DNA from: a virus
Lineage: Duplodnaviria; Caudoviricetes
IMG/VR virus record: IMGVR_UViG_3300018080_000024
Span: 1-55,666 of that record
DNA: 55,666 nt
Reading direction: 5' to 3' (one strand)
Position numbers and translations under genes: made by a program. The notes under the pieces were generated by a model. That model had not been told where the DNA came from. It saw nothing but the letters and a program-made list of their open reading frames with translations, and ran no database searches. The first letter of the stretch is position 1; every line of letters begins with the position of its first letter. Of the stretch, positions 17,776 to 25,403 are shown one piece after another.

Positions 17776-19473
17776 ATGAGCAGCATCATCGGGCTCCACA
17801 TCGAGCGACCGGACCGCCCTGACTGGCTCCTCGACGTCTTGCGCCAGGCGGGTCCGGCCATGCCCTACCAAACCTGGATCGTCCACGGCGGCGAGACGCT
17901 GCCGCGATATGAAGGGCAGACCAATATCGCCCGTCCGTGGATAGGTGGCGACACCGTGGAGCATCACCTGATCCGACAAGGACGGGCCGGGGGCGTCGCC
18001 TACGCCGAGCGCGTCCTGGACATCGCCCGAACCGTGGGCGAGGCCGACTATTGGCTCGGCCCCAATGAGCCGCCGGTGGAGATGCCAGAGCACCGACAGA
18101 ACCTCGTGTCGTTCTACCTTGGCTTCGCGGACAAGCTCCACTCCGCAGGCATCGAGATCGGCGGCCCGTGCGATGGCGTGGGGCGGATAGGGTCCGGCGA
18201 TCCCTACCTGGACGCCACATACCCGGACTGGCGAGATCGTGTCGGGGAGGCGGCGTTGGACCTGAAATCACTCTATGCCGTCGTGGACATCATCATGACC
18301 CACGCCTACCTCAAGCGCGCCGGGGCGGACTATGAGGAGGTGGACGGCTGGCTCCAGCGGAGCAAGTTCATCGTGACGGCGATCCCTGCGCTGTCACATC
18401 TGCCGTGGGTCGCAACGGAGACCGGCCTAGACATCGGCGGTGGCCTGAATGATGGCTGGCTCGGGCCCGGAGGCCCCGACCCGCTACGCTACATCGAGAT
18501 CATCCGCGACATCAACTGGCTGCTTCCAGAGTGGTTCGTGGGCGCGTGCCTGTTCGGATGCCTCCCCTACCAGCGGTGGGCGAAATGGGAGCTGTCGGAG
18601 GAGTTCTGCCGGCGCTATCTCCTGCCCTTCGTGGCGACAAACCCTCTGCGCCAAGGGTCCCCCGCTCCAACGGATCCGGTGATCCAGCACGAGCCCTTCG
18701 CGCTGGAGGATTGGCACGATGACCACAAAGGGCCGATGAATGTCCGTGAGTTCGCCATGTGGCTCAAGACGGTCGAGCCTGTAGCGCCGGTCCGCGAGCT
18801 ATGGCTACACCATACGGCGACGGAGGCTGTGCCGTGGAGCCGCGATACGATTTTCAATGTGCGAGACTACTATAACAGGCTGCTGTGGACTGACGCCGCT
18901 GGCCGCCAGCACCGAGGTTGGACGGCGGGACCGCACCTGTTCATCGGCGACGAGGGCATCTGGCCCTTCAGTCTCATGGACCGGGCCGGAGTTCACGCCA
19001 GGGGCCACAACACCGACGAGGCACGGGGAATCGAGATGATCGGCACGTTTGACGACGCCCCGCCATCACCGGACACGTGGCGTAACACAATGGCCGCGCT
19101 GGCCGTGATGTGTAACGTCTGGGGCCTGGATCCTGAAGAGGCGATCCACTTTCACCGCGACGACTCCGATAAGACGTGCCCGGGGAAGGCGGTCCACAAG
19201 CTCGACGTCATTTATGCGGTACGTGAGATCATGCGTGATGACCCGCTAGTCGGAGGCATGTCTCTTCCGACGCCGACGACAGAGGGCATGACGACGGTCC
19301 ACGAGCGTGTTCGAGCCGTCCGCTGGTACCTCGAGGAGCTAGTCCGTTGGCAGGAGCGGCTGCTGGAGCATCCGTCCAATAGCGATGACATTATCAATCG
19401 CCAGCGGGCCTACGTGCTACACCTCATCGACATCGCCTATCTGCTGGAGGATGATACGCGGGAGGAGGCGTAA
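17776..19473 (+). CDS. Putative endolysin: N-terminal clan-A-like glycoside hydrolase plus Amidase_2 domain
   Basis: GPNEP and ATETG acid/base and nucleophile-like motifs; amidase LHHTA...GVHARGHN...GIEMIG...HFHRD...KTCPG; SD GGAGG before ATG 17776. Confidence 0.8.
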   Translation: MSSIIGLHIERPDRPDWLLDVLRQAGPAMPYQTWIVHGGETLPRYEGQTNIARPWIGGDTVEHHLIRQGRAGGVAYAERVLDIARTVGEADYWLGPNEPPVEMPEHRQNLVSFYLGFADKLHSAGIEIGGPCDGVGRIGSGDPYLDATYPDWRDRVGEAALDLKSLYAVVDIIMTHAYLKRAGADYEEVDGWLQRSKFIVTAIPALSHLPWVATETGLDIGGGLNDGWLGPGGPDPLRYIEIIRDINWLLPEWFVGACLFGCLPYQRWAKWELSEEFCRRYLLPFVATNPLRQGSPAPTDPVIQHEPFALEDWHDDHKGPMNVREFAMWLKTVEPVAPVRELWLHHTATEAVPWSRDTIFNVRDYYNRLLWTDAAGRQHRGWTAGPHLFIGDEGIWPFSLMDRAGVHARGHNTDEARGIEMIGTFDDAPPSPDTWRNTMAALAVMCNVWGLDPEEAIHFHRDDSDKTCPGKAVHKLDVIYAVREIMRDDPLVGGMSLPTPTTEGMTTVHERVRAVRWYLEELVRWQERLLEHPSNSDDIINRQRAYVLHLIDIAYLLEDDTREEA

Positions 19474-19485
19474 ATCCCTAAGTGC

Positions 19486-19520
19486 CCGCCCCGCCATCAC
19501 CGGCGGGGCGGCGTCTTTGT
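19486..19520 (+). terminator. Repeated GC hairpin terminator, copy 2
   Basis: CCGCCCCGCC-atcacc-GGCGGGGCGG then cgtctttgt. Confidence 0.65.
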
Positions 19521-19525
19521 CCCGG

Positions 19526-19660
19526 GGAATTTACGCAATCTTTACGGATAACCCACAGTTGGTGGTAGACTGAATCCTGATTATATGCTATAATATCGTC
19601 GTAAGGTTAAGGACGGGGCGGCGATAGGGACCACCCCCAGACACCCAGAGGAGACGACAG
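19526..19660 (+). promoter_or_regulatory. Repeated promoter cassette P3 (variant)
   Basis: TTTACG at 19530 and 19541; -35 TAGACT 19566-19571; 17-bp spacer; TGcTATAAT (19589-19594); same leader as P2. Confidence 0.88.
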
Positions 19661-19858
19661 ATGGCAGACACGATGGCAATGGCGGTCAAAGATTTGGACG
19701 CGCGGTTAGCGGTAGCATGCAACAAGGCACCGAAGATGGATTTGGACGGAAGCCGCTATGACTGCTTCGCCCCAACGCTAGACTGGGTTGCGAGACAATA
19801 TGGGGTGAACGCTGGAGACCTGTATCTCGCATTTTGCGACACCTACGCCAACGACTAG
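19661..19858 (+). CDS. Hypothetical early protein
   Basis: 65 aa ORF with SD GAGGAG after P3. Confidence 0.7.
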   Translation: MADTMAMAVKDLDARLAVACNKAPKMDLDGSRYDCFAPTLDWVARQYGVNAGDLYLAFCDTYAND

Positions 19859-19864
19859 CTAGTA

Positions 19865-19928
19865 CGCGAAAGCCCGGGGCAAGCGCCCCGGGCTCGCCGG
19901 GAAATCGGCCCGGCCTGATGAGCGGAGA
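19865..19928 (+). ncRNA. Type II hammerhead ribozyme HH4
   Basis: GAAA 19868-19871; stem III GCCCGGGGC-aagc-GCCCCGGGC; UC 19894-19895; CUGAUGA 19915-19921; gcg. Confidence 0.9.
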
Positions 19929-19950
19929 ACACCCGAAGGAGACGAACGAA

Positions 19951-20280
19951 ATGCATTGGTATCAGCACACAGTCGACAGCCTGAGACGCGACATCGAGAC
20001 CAACCTGGACACCGCCGCCAAGGTCTGCCGTATGATCGAGGTCAACCAGACCCGCGACGAGCGCCGCACCGCCACCACCATCCACGACAACGACCAGGGC
20101 TTCAGCCAGGCCGACGCCCCGTACCTCCAGCCGATAGCGGACAAGCTGTGGACGGGGATGGACCCGCGAGACTTGGCCGGGCAGGAAAAGGTGATTCTCA
20201 AAGCGTACACCGCCAAGTACGCGGCGCAGTACCTGGAGTTCAGCCGCTACTACTACCGGCTCAACAACCCGATTTGCTAG
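19951..20280 (+). CDS. Hypothetical protein
   Basis: 109 aa; QTRDE...T.HDNDQGFSQADA motif seen in phage hypotheticals; RBS block identical to that of P1. Confidence 0.7.
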   Translation: MHWYQHTVDSLRRDIETNLDTAAKVCRMIEVNQTRDERRTATTIHDNDQGFSQADAPYLQPIADKLWTGMDPRDLAGQEKVILKAYTAKYAAQYLEFSRYYYRLNNPIC

Positions 20281-20288
20281 CATGACCA

Positions 20289-20311
20289 GCGCCGGGACTG
20301 CCAACCGGCGC
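20289..20311 (+). repeat. Intergenic hairpin repeat, copy C
   Basis: GCGCCGG-gactgccaa-CCGGCGC, identical to copy A. Confidence 0.8.
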
Positions 20312-20339
20312 ACTCACCCAATCAGACGAGGAGGCAACG

Positions 20340-20801
20340 ATGAACACCTATGCGATGTATCACAAGGCGGACACCGAGGACCTGCGAGTGCCCGAAGGCC
20401 AGGAGTGCCCCACGTGCGGGATCAGCCTGGCCGACGATCTAGAATGGACCGACCACAACACGGTCATCTGTGCCGGTTGCGGCACGGAGTACACGCCCGA
20501 GGCCGTACCGCCGCGAGGCATCAAGGCGCAAGAGGCCGCCTACGAGGCGCTGGACAAGATGGAGCGGTGGGGCGAGGCCGCCCTAGTACACTATGATGAT
20601 GGGAGCTTCGACGCCGTGCCCGCCGCGTACCTGACCGACGTCTCATGGTCGGGCAAGGGCCACGTGGACGGCTACGTCATCGTGTACGATCTAGTCGGCC
20701 TCAGCTGCGATGAGCGGAACTGGGGCGCGCTGTTCGAAATGGAGCGCCAATGGGCGGCTCGGCGTCTGGTAGAGCGGTGCTTGCGCTCAGCGATACACTA
20801 G
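20340..20801 (+). CDS. Zinc-ribbon hypothetical protein
   Basis: 153 aa with CPTCG and CAGCG; SD GAGGAGG. Confidence 0.7.
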   Translation: MNTYAMYHKADTEDLRVPEGQECPTCGISLADDLEWTDHNTVICAGCGTEYTPEAVPPRGIKAQEAAYEALDKMERWGEAALVHYDDGSFDAVPAAYLTDVSWSGKGHVDGYVIVYDLVGLSCDERNWGALFEMERQWAARRLVERCLRSAIH

Positions 20802-20825
20802 GAAGCGAGACGTGAAGCGTGTAGG

Positions 20826-20870
20826 CTCCCGGGTCGCCTCGCTCAGAAAGAGGTGGCCCGGGGGGCTTTA
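20826..20870 (+). terminator. Hairpin ending the early region
   Basis: CTCCCGGGTCGCCTC pairs with GAGGTGGCCCGGGGG (several G-U), followed by a short T run. Confidence 0.55.
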
Positions 20871-20895
20871 CGTTTGCGCGAAAATCGTATATAAT
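20867..20895 (+). promoter_or_regulatory. Sigma70-type promoter of replication operon
   Basis: -35 TTTACG 20867-20872, 17-bp spacer, -10 TATAAT 20890-20895. Confidence 0.75.
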
Positions 20896-20911
20896 AGAAG
20901 CGTCAGATCGG

Positions 20912-21068
20912 CCTGGGCACCCGGTCGCACCAGGACACAAGAGGCGAATCAAACACAGTGGAAGCTCCGGCTTTGAGCAAGGCGGCGAAAGCCGCTCGCC
21001 CGCGGCTAGGCCTTTGTTCCGCTGTGTTGTGGCCAGCCCGCCGCCTTGCTGAGAGTCGGAGTTTTGCT
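20912..21068 (+). promoter_or_regulatory. Long structured 5' leader of replication initiator
   Basis: Stems 20962-20974/21052-21064 (three G-U) and 20976-20987/21039-21050 (12 bp perfect), two inner hairpins, and a pairing 20952-20963/21017-21028. Confidence 0.6.
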
Positions 21069-21085
21069 TTGGGAGGATCGCGACG

Positions 21086-21457
21086 ATGACGGACGCGAGT
21101 GAGCGCACTATACCGTTCCTGCCTGTGTGTGGCCGGATCGCAGGACGGGCGGCCAACGGGCTCTTTCTGTCGCAGTTCGTGTACTGGACCACGCACTACA
21201 AGACGGACGACGGCTGGATTTTCAAAACGCAGGCCGAATGGGAGGAAGAGACCACACTCACGGTCAACGAGCAAAACACAGCCCGCCGCGAGCTCAAGCG
21301 GCTGGGGGTTCTAGAGGAGCGCCGGGCAGGAGTCCCGGCGCGTTTGTATTATAGGCTGGACCGCGATCGGCTCGCGGAGCTGATCCGCCAAGATCAAGCG
21401 GAGCGCGAGCGACGGCTGGCCTGTGGTCGCTGCGAGGAGGCGTCGGATGCTGAGTGA
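21086..21457 (+). CDS. Phage replication-initiator-like winged-helix protein
   Basis: LFLSQFVYW...GWIFKTQAEWEEET.LT..EQ.TAR..L...G.LEE...GVPA..YYR family pattern. Confidence 0.7.
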   Translation: MTDASERTIPFLPVCGRIAGRAANGLFLSQFVYWTTHYKTDDGWIFKTQAEWEEETTLTVNEQNTARRELKRLGVLEERRAGVPARLYYRLDRDRLAELIRQDQAERERRLACGRCEEASDAE

Positions 21458-22322
21458 AGGCTCCACCAAGCTCCTACAGACCTGGACCTTTGCGCAGCTC
21501 CCCGCTGCTGCCATCGTGGACCCCGAGCTGTCGTCGAGCGGGTTGCGCCTGCTCGCCTATATGTGCTGGAGACGGGGCCAGGATGGGACCATGTGGGCGT
21601 CCGTCGGGAGCATGGCCCAGGACCTCTCCGTGACGGATCAGAGCATTAGGAATTGGGGCCGCGAGCTCGTGGCGCGCGGCTACCTAGAAATTGATGCGCG
21701 CGAAGGACAGACGAATATCTATCGGCTCACGCGACGAGCAGCGGTTGGGAACATTATCAATGAGGGCGCCGCGGGGGGTACAACGTCGTTGGCCGAAGGG
21801 GGTCAAAAACTTTTGAAGGGGGGGGTCAAAGAATCTTTGGAGGGGGGGTCAAAAACTTTTGAGGCAAACGATATGCAAAGAACGACATGCAATAACGAAA
21901 CCTCCCCTACGGGGGCTACGCCCGAGCCTTCTGAGAGCATGATCGTACCTCAGAGCTACGACGCGTGGTGTGACGCGCTTGCGCAGACCAAGAACCCGTG
22001 CGCGGTGATGAAGTACATGATCGAGAGCCTGTACCCAGGCCGAGCTCCTCCGGACTATTCACGTATTGGCGGGGCGATGCGGACGACGGGCTCATGGCGC
22101 AACCTAGCGATGCGGGTATGGACGCTGGCAGCGCGACCGCCAGCGGGGGAGCTACTGGACTATATCCAGGCGGAGGTGTCACGCGCGCGTGAGGATCGGC
22201 GCAAAGGGCGGCGCAAGGGCGGCAATGGATCCGCCCCGGACCCGACGGACCTCAACAACCCGGACGTGTTGGCGGCTGCTATGAAGCGGTCAAAGGAGGC
22301 GGCGCATCAGCAAACGGCTTGA
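21447..22322 (+). CDS. Replication initiator (HTH_36-like N-terminus, internal iterons)
   Basis: DPELSSSGLRLLAYM...WASVGSMAQDL...IRNWGRELVARGYL; iteron block inside; followed by DnaC-like loader. Confidence 0.75.
   Translation: MLSEGSTKLLQTWTFAQLPAAAIVDPELSSSGLRLLAYMCWRRGQDGTMWASVGSMAQDLSVTDQSIRNWGRELVARGYLEIDAREGQTNIYRLTRRAAVGNIINEGAAGGTTSLAEGGQKLLKGGVKESLEGGSKTFEANDMQRTTCNNETSPTGATPEPSESMIVPQSYDAWCDALAQTKNPCAVMKYMIESLYPGRAPPDYSRIGGAMRTTGSWRNLAMRVWTLAARPPAGELLDYIQAEVSRAREDRRKGRRKGGNGSAPDPTDLNNPDVLAAAMKRSKEAAHQQTA
21795..21863. repeat. Iterons, probable replication origin
   Basis: GGGGGTCAAA at 21798, 21821 and 21844 (23-bp period), with near-palindromes TCAAAAacTTTTGA, inside the initiator gene as in lambdoid origins. 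Confidence 0.75.
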
Positions 22323-22403
22323 GCGTAGGCGACGCCTGCGCCGGACGGTCCGCCGGAGGGCCAGGGATCGCGACAAGGTGTACCGACACCCGAGGAGACG
22401 ATC

Positions 22404-23234
22404 ATGACCGACACTGCGCATAGCTATCGAGGACAACCGCCATGGTGGTCCGCTGCCGTGGCCTGGAGCCAAGAGAACATACGGAACTGTTCATGCGGCG
22501 TGAATGCGGACGGGACGCCGCGAGGGTTTGTGCGGGGCCGGTTTGAGGCCGGCCATCAACTGTTCGGCAAGAGCATCCCGTGTGTGTGTGCTCTAGATCG
22601 TTTTGCGCGATCCAAGGCCGAACGCCTGCGAGCGCTGAGCGGCATGAGCATCAGCGATTTCAACGCCTATCGGTTCACGACGTTTGGCCGCGACCAGGCC
22701 ATCAACGGAACCAGGCTCGCCGACGCCGACTTCCGGGCGCATCTGGACCACGTGGTGGAGCGGTGTATGGCCTACGCCCAGCGCCCCACCGATGGGTTCA
22801 TGATCCTCGTGGGGCCATACGGCGCAGGGAAAACGCACTTGGCCAAGGCCATCGTCAACGCGTGGATGGGCGGCGGCGGCGAGGTATACTTCAGCACCGT
22901 CCCGGACCTGTTGGACACCCTGCGCGAGGGCTACGACGTCGAGCGTGGCGGCGTGGCGCCGAGCTTCGAGCAGCGGCTAGAGTGGTTTCGCACCGTGGCG
23001 CTCTTGGTCCTGGACGATCTAGGCGCGCACCGGGCGACAGACTGGGCGGCTGAGAAACTTTTTCAGATTATCAATGACCGCTATGAGGCGCGCCGGGCGA
23101 CCGTCATCACCAGCAACCAGGACGTCCGCGAGAGCAGCGGGGGCATCGAGCCGCGCATTGCCTCGCGGCTGGCCGATGCGCGTCACGACTATCTAGTGTT
23201 GCCATGCGGAGACTATCGGAGGGGGGTGCGATGA
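22404..23234 (+). CDS. DnaC/IstB-like AAA+ helicase loader
   Basis: N-terminal Cys motifs, Walker A GPYGAGKT, Walker B LLVLDDLG, ITSN and RIASRL motifs. Confidence 0.9.
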   Translation: MTDTAHSYRGQPPWWSAAVAWSQENIRNCSCGVNADGTPRGFVRGRFEAGHQLFGKSIPCVCALDRFARSKAERLRALSGMSISDFNAYRFTTFGRDQAINGTRLADADFRAHLDHVVERCMAYAQRPTDGFMILVGPYGAGKTHLAKAIVNAWMGGGGEVYFSTVPDLLDTLREGYDVERGGVAPSFEQRLEWFRTVALLVLDDLGAHRATDWAAEKLFQIINDRYEARRATVITSNQDVRESSGGIEPRIASRLADARHDYLVLPCGDYRRGVR

Positions 23235-23410
23235 TGGCCGGGGGAGCAGAAATCTGGATGACGCCGGATGACGTGCGGGGCCACGGCACGACGATAACTC
23301 CACGGATAATGGTGCGGCACACGTGGCGTTTGCGGCTGGGGCTGTGGATCATAGCGTTTGGATGTTGGCTGGCGGGGATCGAGTTTGAGCCCGGGGGTGA
23401 CGATGACTGA
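23231..23410 (+). CDS. Small hypothetical membrane protein
   Basis: 59 aa with a hydrophobic C-terminal half; ATGA overlap. Confidence 0.5.
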   Translation: MMAGGAEIWMTPDDVRGHGTTITPRIMVRHTWRLRLGLWIIAFGCWLAGIEFEPGGDDD

Positions 23411-23603
23411 GCGAAAGTGGAGGCCTGAATGGGTGCGCCGCACCATCCGACAAGGGCGGGTCAAAGTGCTACACGACTGGTTCTACCCGGACCCGCGCTG
23501 AATGGAATACGACGGGCGCTTGGACGGGCAAGAGTGGCTGTTTGGCCTGTACTGGCGCGACGGACAGCGGGAGCCGTGCGGCGACTACAGGAGGGCGCGA
23601 TGA
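23403..23603 (+). pseudogene. Small gene interrupted by in-frame TGA (23499-23501)
   Basis: MTERKW...RRTIRQGRVKV...PDPR*MEYDGRLDGQEWLFGLYW reads as one coherent frame coupled to both neighbours. Confidence 0.45.
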
Positions 23604-24439
23604 AGGTCAGCAAGATCAGGTGGACAGATTATAGCGGCGGCGTGCTGAACTTTGCCTCGGGATGTACGCCGGTGAGTGAAGGGTGCGCCAACTGTTACGC
23701 CAAGGCCATTGCCGACCGGTGGGGCCGGTCCTTTGAGCCGACATGGGACAGGGCCAAGCTGAGCAAGCTGGCCACGTTGCGCTTCGCCGAGTACAGCCCC
23801 AAGCGCGGCGCGCCGCACCGCCCAATGGCGTTTGTGTGCGACACCGGCGACCTGTTTCACGAGGACATACCCGATAAGGTGATTGGTGATTTTGTCGATG
23901 TGTGTTGTGCCCGCGATGACGTGATTTGGCAGGTGCTCACTAAACGTCCGCGGCGGATGCATAGCCTATTCAATCGATGGTTTGAGTGGGAACCCGCCCC
24001 AGAAAACATCTGGCTAGGCGTCAGCGTCGAGAATCAGCGTGCTGCTGAGGAGCGTGTCCCCGTTTTGCTAAGGGTGAATGCGGCGCTGCGATTTGTCAGC
24101 GTCGAGCCGATGCTAGAGCAGATAGACTTGGAACGGTATCTTGTGGGCTGGCATGAAGACGTCGAGCCCCGTGTTGTAGGTGAGTGCGGCGGCGAGCTGA
24201 TCGTCGTGCCTCAGCAAATACAGGTACAGGACCCGTCCCTCGCTTGGGTGATCTGCGGCGGCGAAAGCGGGCCGAATCGCAGGCCCTTCGATATTGCATG
24301 GGCCCTGAGGCTGTATGAGCAGTCTCGTGACCATGGCGTACCGTTCTTTTTCAAGCAGGGCTCGAACCGCTTTCCGGGTCGCGATGATCGGTTGCCGGAG
24401 GGTGGAGAGGTCAAGGAATGGCCAGACTGGGAGGGGTGA
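23600..24439 (+). CDS. Phage Gp37/Gp68 (DUF5131) family protein
   Basis: SKIRWTD, GCTPVSEGCANCYA, DLFH, LTKRP, NIWLGVSVENQ, FVSVEPML, WVICGGESG and PFFFKQ motifs. Confidence 0.92.
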   Translation: MKVSKIRWTDYSGGVLNFASGCTPVSEGCANCYAKAIADRWGRSFEPTWDRAKLSKLATLRFAEYSPKRGAPHRPMAFVCDTGDLFHEDIPDKVIGDFVDVCCARDDVIWQVLTKRPRRMHSLFNRWFEWEPAPENIWLGVSVENQRAAEERVPVLLRVNAALRFVSVEPMLEQIDLERYLVGWHEDVEPRVVGECGGELIVVPQQIQVQDPSLAWVICGGESGPNRRPFDIAWALRLYEQSRDHGVPFFFKQGSNRFPGRDDRLPEGGEVKEWPDWEG

Positions 24440-24656
24440 TGGACGATGCCGTGGCGTTCGTGTGCCGTCTGGCTGAGGACTTAAGACGCAAAGGAAAGGA
24501 GGCGGAGGATCGACGCCGGGCCATTCGCGAGGATGCGCAAAAGCGACGGGGTGATCAGACGCCAAGGGTTGAAGCACAGGAGGAATGATGGGCGTCATGT
24601 ATCCTACTGATCGCCGTTCCTGCGGGCCGAGAGTTTGGGTTGTATAAGCGGAAGCT

Positions 24657-24702
24657 GTGAAAGGCCGGGGCTACCGATTTTGCATGGAGAGGAGAAAAAA
24701 AG
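24657..24702 (+). repeat. Duplicated leader/RBS element, copy 1
   Basis: GTGAAA..GGCC.GGGCTACCGA.TTT.CATGGAGAGGAGA, repeated at 25061-25106. Confidence 0.7.
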
Positions 24703-24945
24703 ATGGCAGCAGGGATGTGGAAGTGTAGCGAGTGCGGCGCAAAAGACGCCGAAATTTCGCGGCTGCTCACCGAGCTGCGGCGGCTGTGCTACCTGGTGCG
24801 GATGATGGAGACGATAGATGCCTCAACGTTTTCAGACTGCCCGTACTGCGGTGCAGAGCTGATTGTTGATGAGCCGCACTCTCCCGACTGTTTGTGGATT
24901 GAAGCAAACAGGCTTCTGGATGATGTGGAGGCGGACGATGAGTGA
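24703..24945 (+). CDS. Small zinc-finger protein, paralog 1
   Basis: CSEC, CPYC and H...CLW...LLDDVE motifs. Confidence 0.65.
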   Translation: MAAGMWKCSECGAKDAEISRLLTELRRLCYLVRMMETIDASTFSDCPYCGAELIVDEPHSPDCLWIEANRLLDDVEADDE

Positions 24946-25060
24946 GGGCGGGCGTGCCCCGGCTGCTCGCCGAGGTGCGGCGGCTGCGTGCAAGAACAAA
25001 GCGGCTGGAGCAGAAAGCGCGAGGGCTGCTGTCGTGCTGGCGTCATGATCTTGGCCCAGA

Positions 25061-25106
25061 GTGAAATAGGCCCGGGCTACCGACTTTTCATGGAGAGGAG
25101 AGAGGG
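25061..25106 (+). repeat. Duplicated leader/RBS element, copy 2
   Basis: Matches 24657-24702. Confidence 0.7.
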
Positions 25107-25400
25107 ATGGCATTGCACGGTAGTTGCGGTAGGCGTATCAGACCCGAGGAAGCGAGCCGCATGACAGCAGAATTCGAGGCGGCGGAACGCGCAACGCTGG
25201 AGAGGGAACGGCAAAAAGTTTATGAAGCGAAAAATGACCGCTTGCGTGATCTAGTGCGACGATTTGCGCGTTACGGTCCATGGACCACACCGGTACACGA
25301 CACGTTCTGCCGATACTGTAGCGCATCTTTTGGTGAGGAGCATGACGAGAATTGCCTATGGTTGAATGCGCTAGCGCTTTTGGATGAGGCGGAGGACTAG
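25107..25400 (+). CDS. Small zinc-finger protein, paralog 2
   Basis: LRDLVRR...CRYC...HDENCLW...LLDEAED. Confidence 0.65.
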   Translation: MALHGSCGRRIRPEEASRMTAEFEAAERATLERERQKVYEAKNDRLRDLVRRFARYGPWTTPVHDTFCRYCSASFGEEHDENCLWLNALALLDEAED

Positions 25401-25403
25401 GAG

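Noticed and set aside
12318-19928. CRISPR array or insertion sequence explanation for the repeats
   Set aside because: Repeats are 60-140 bp, irregularly spaced and separated by whole genes; no cas or transposase gene and no terminal inverted repeats.
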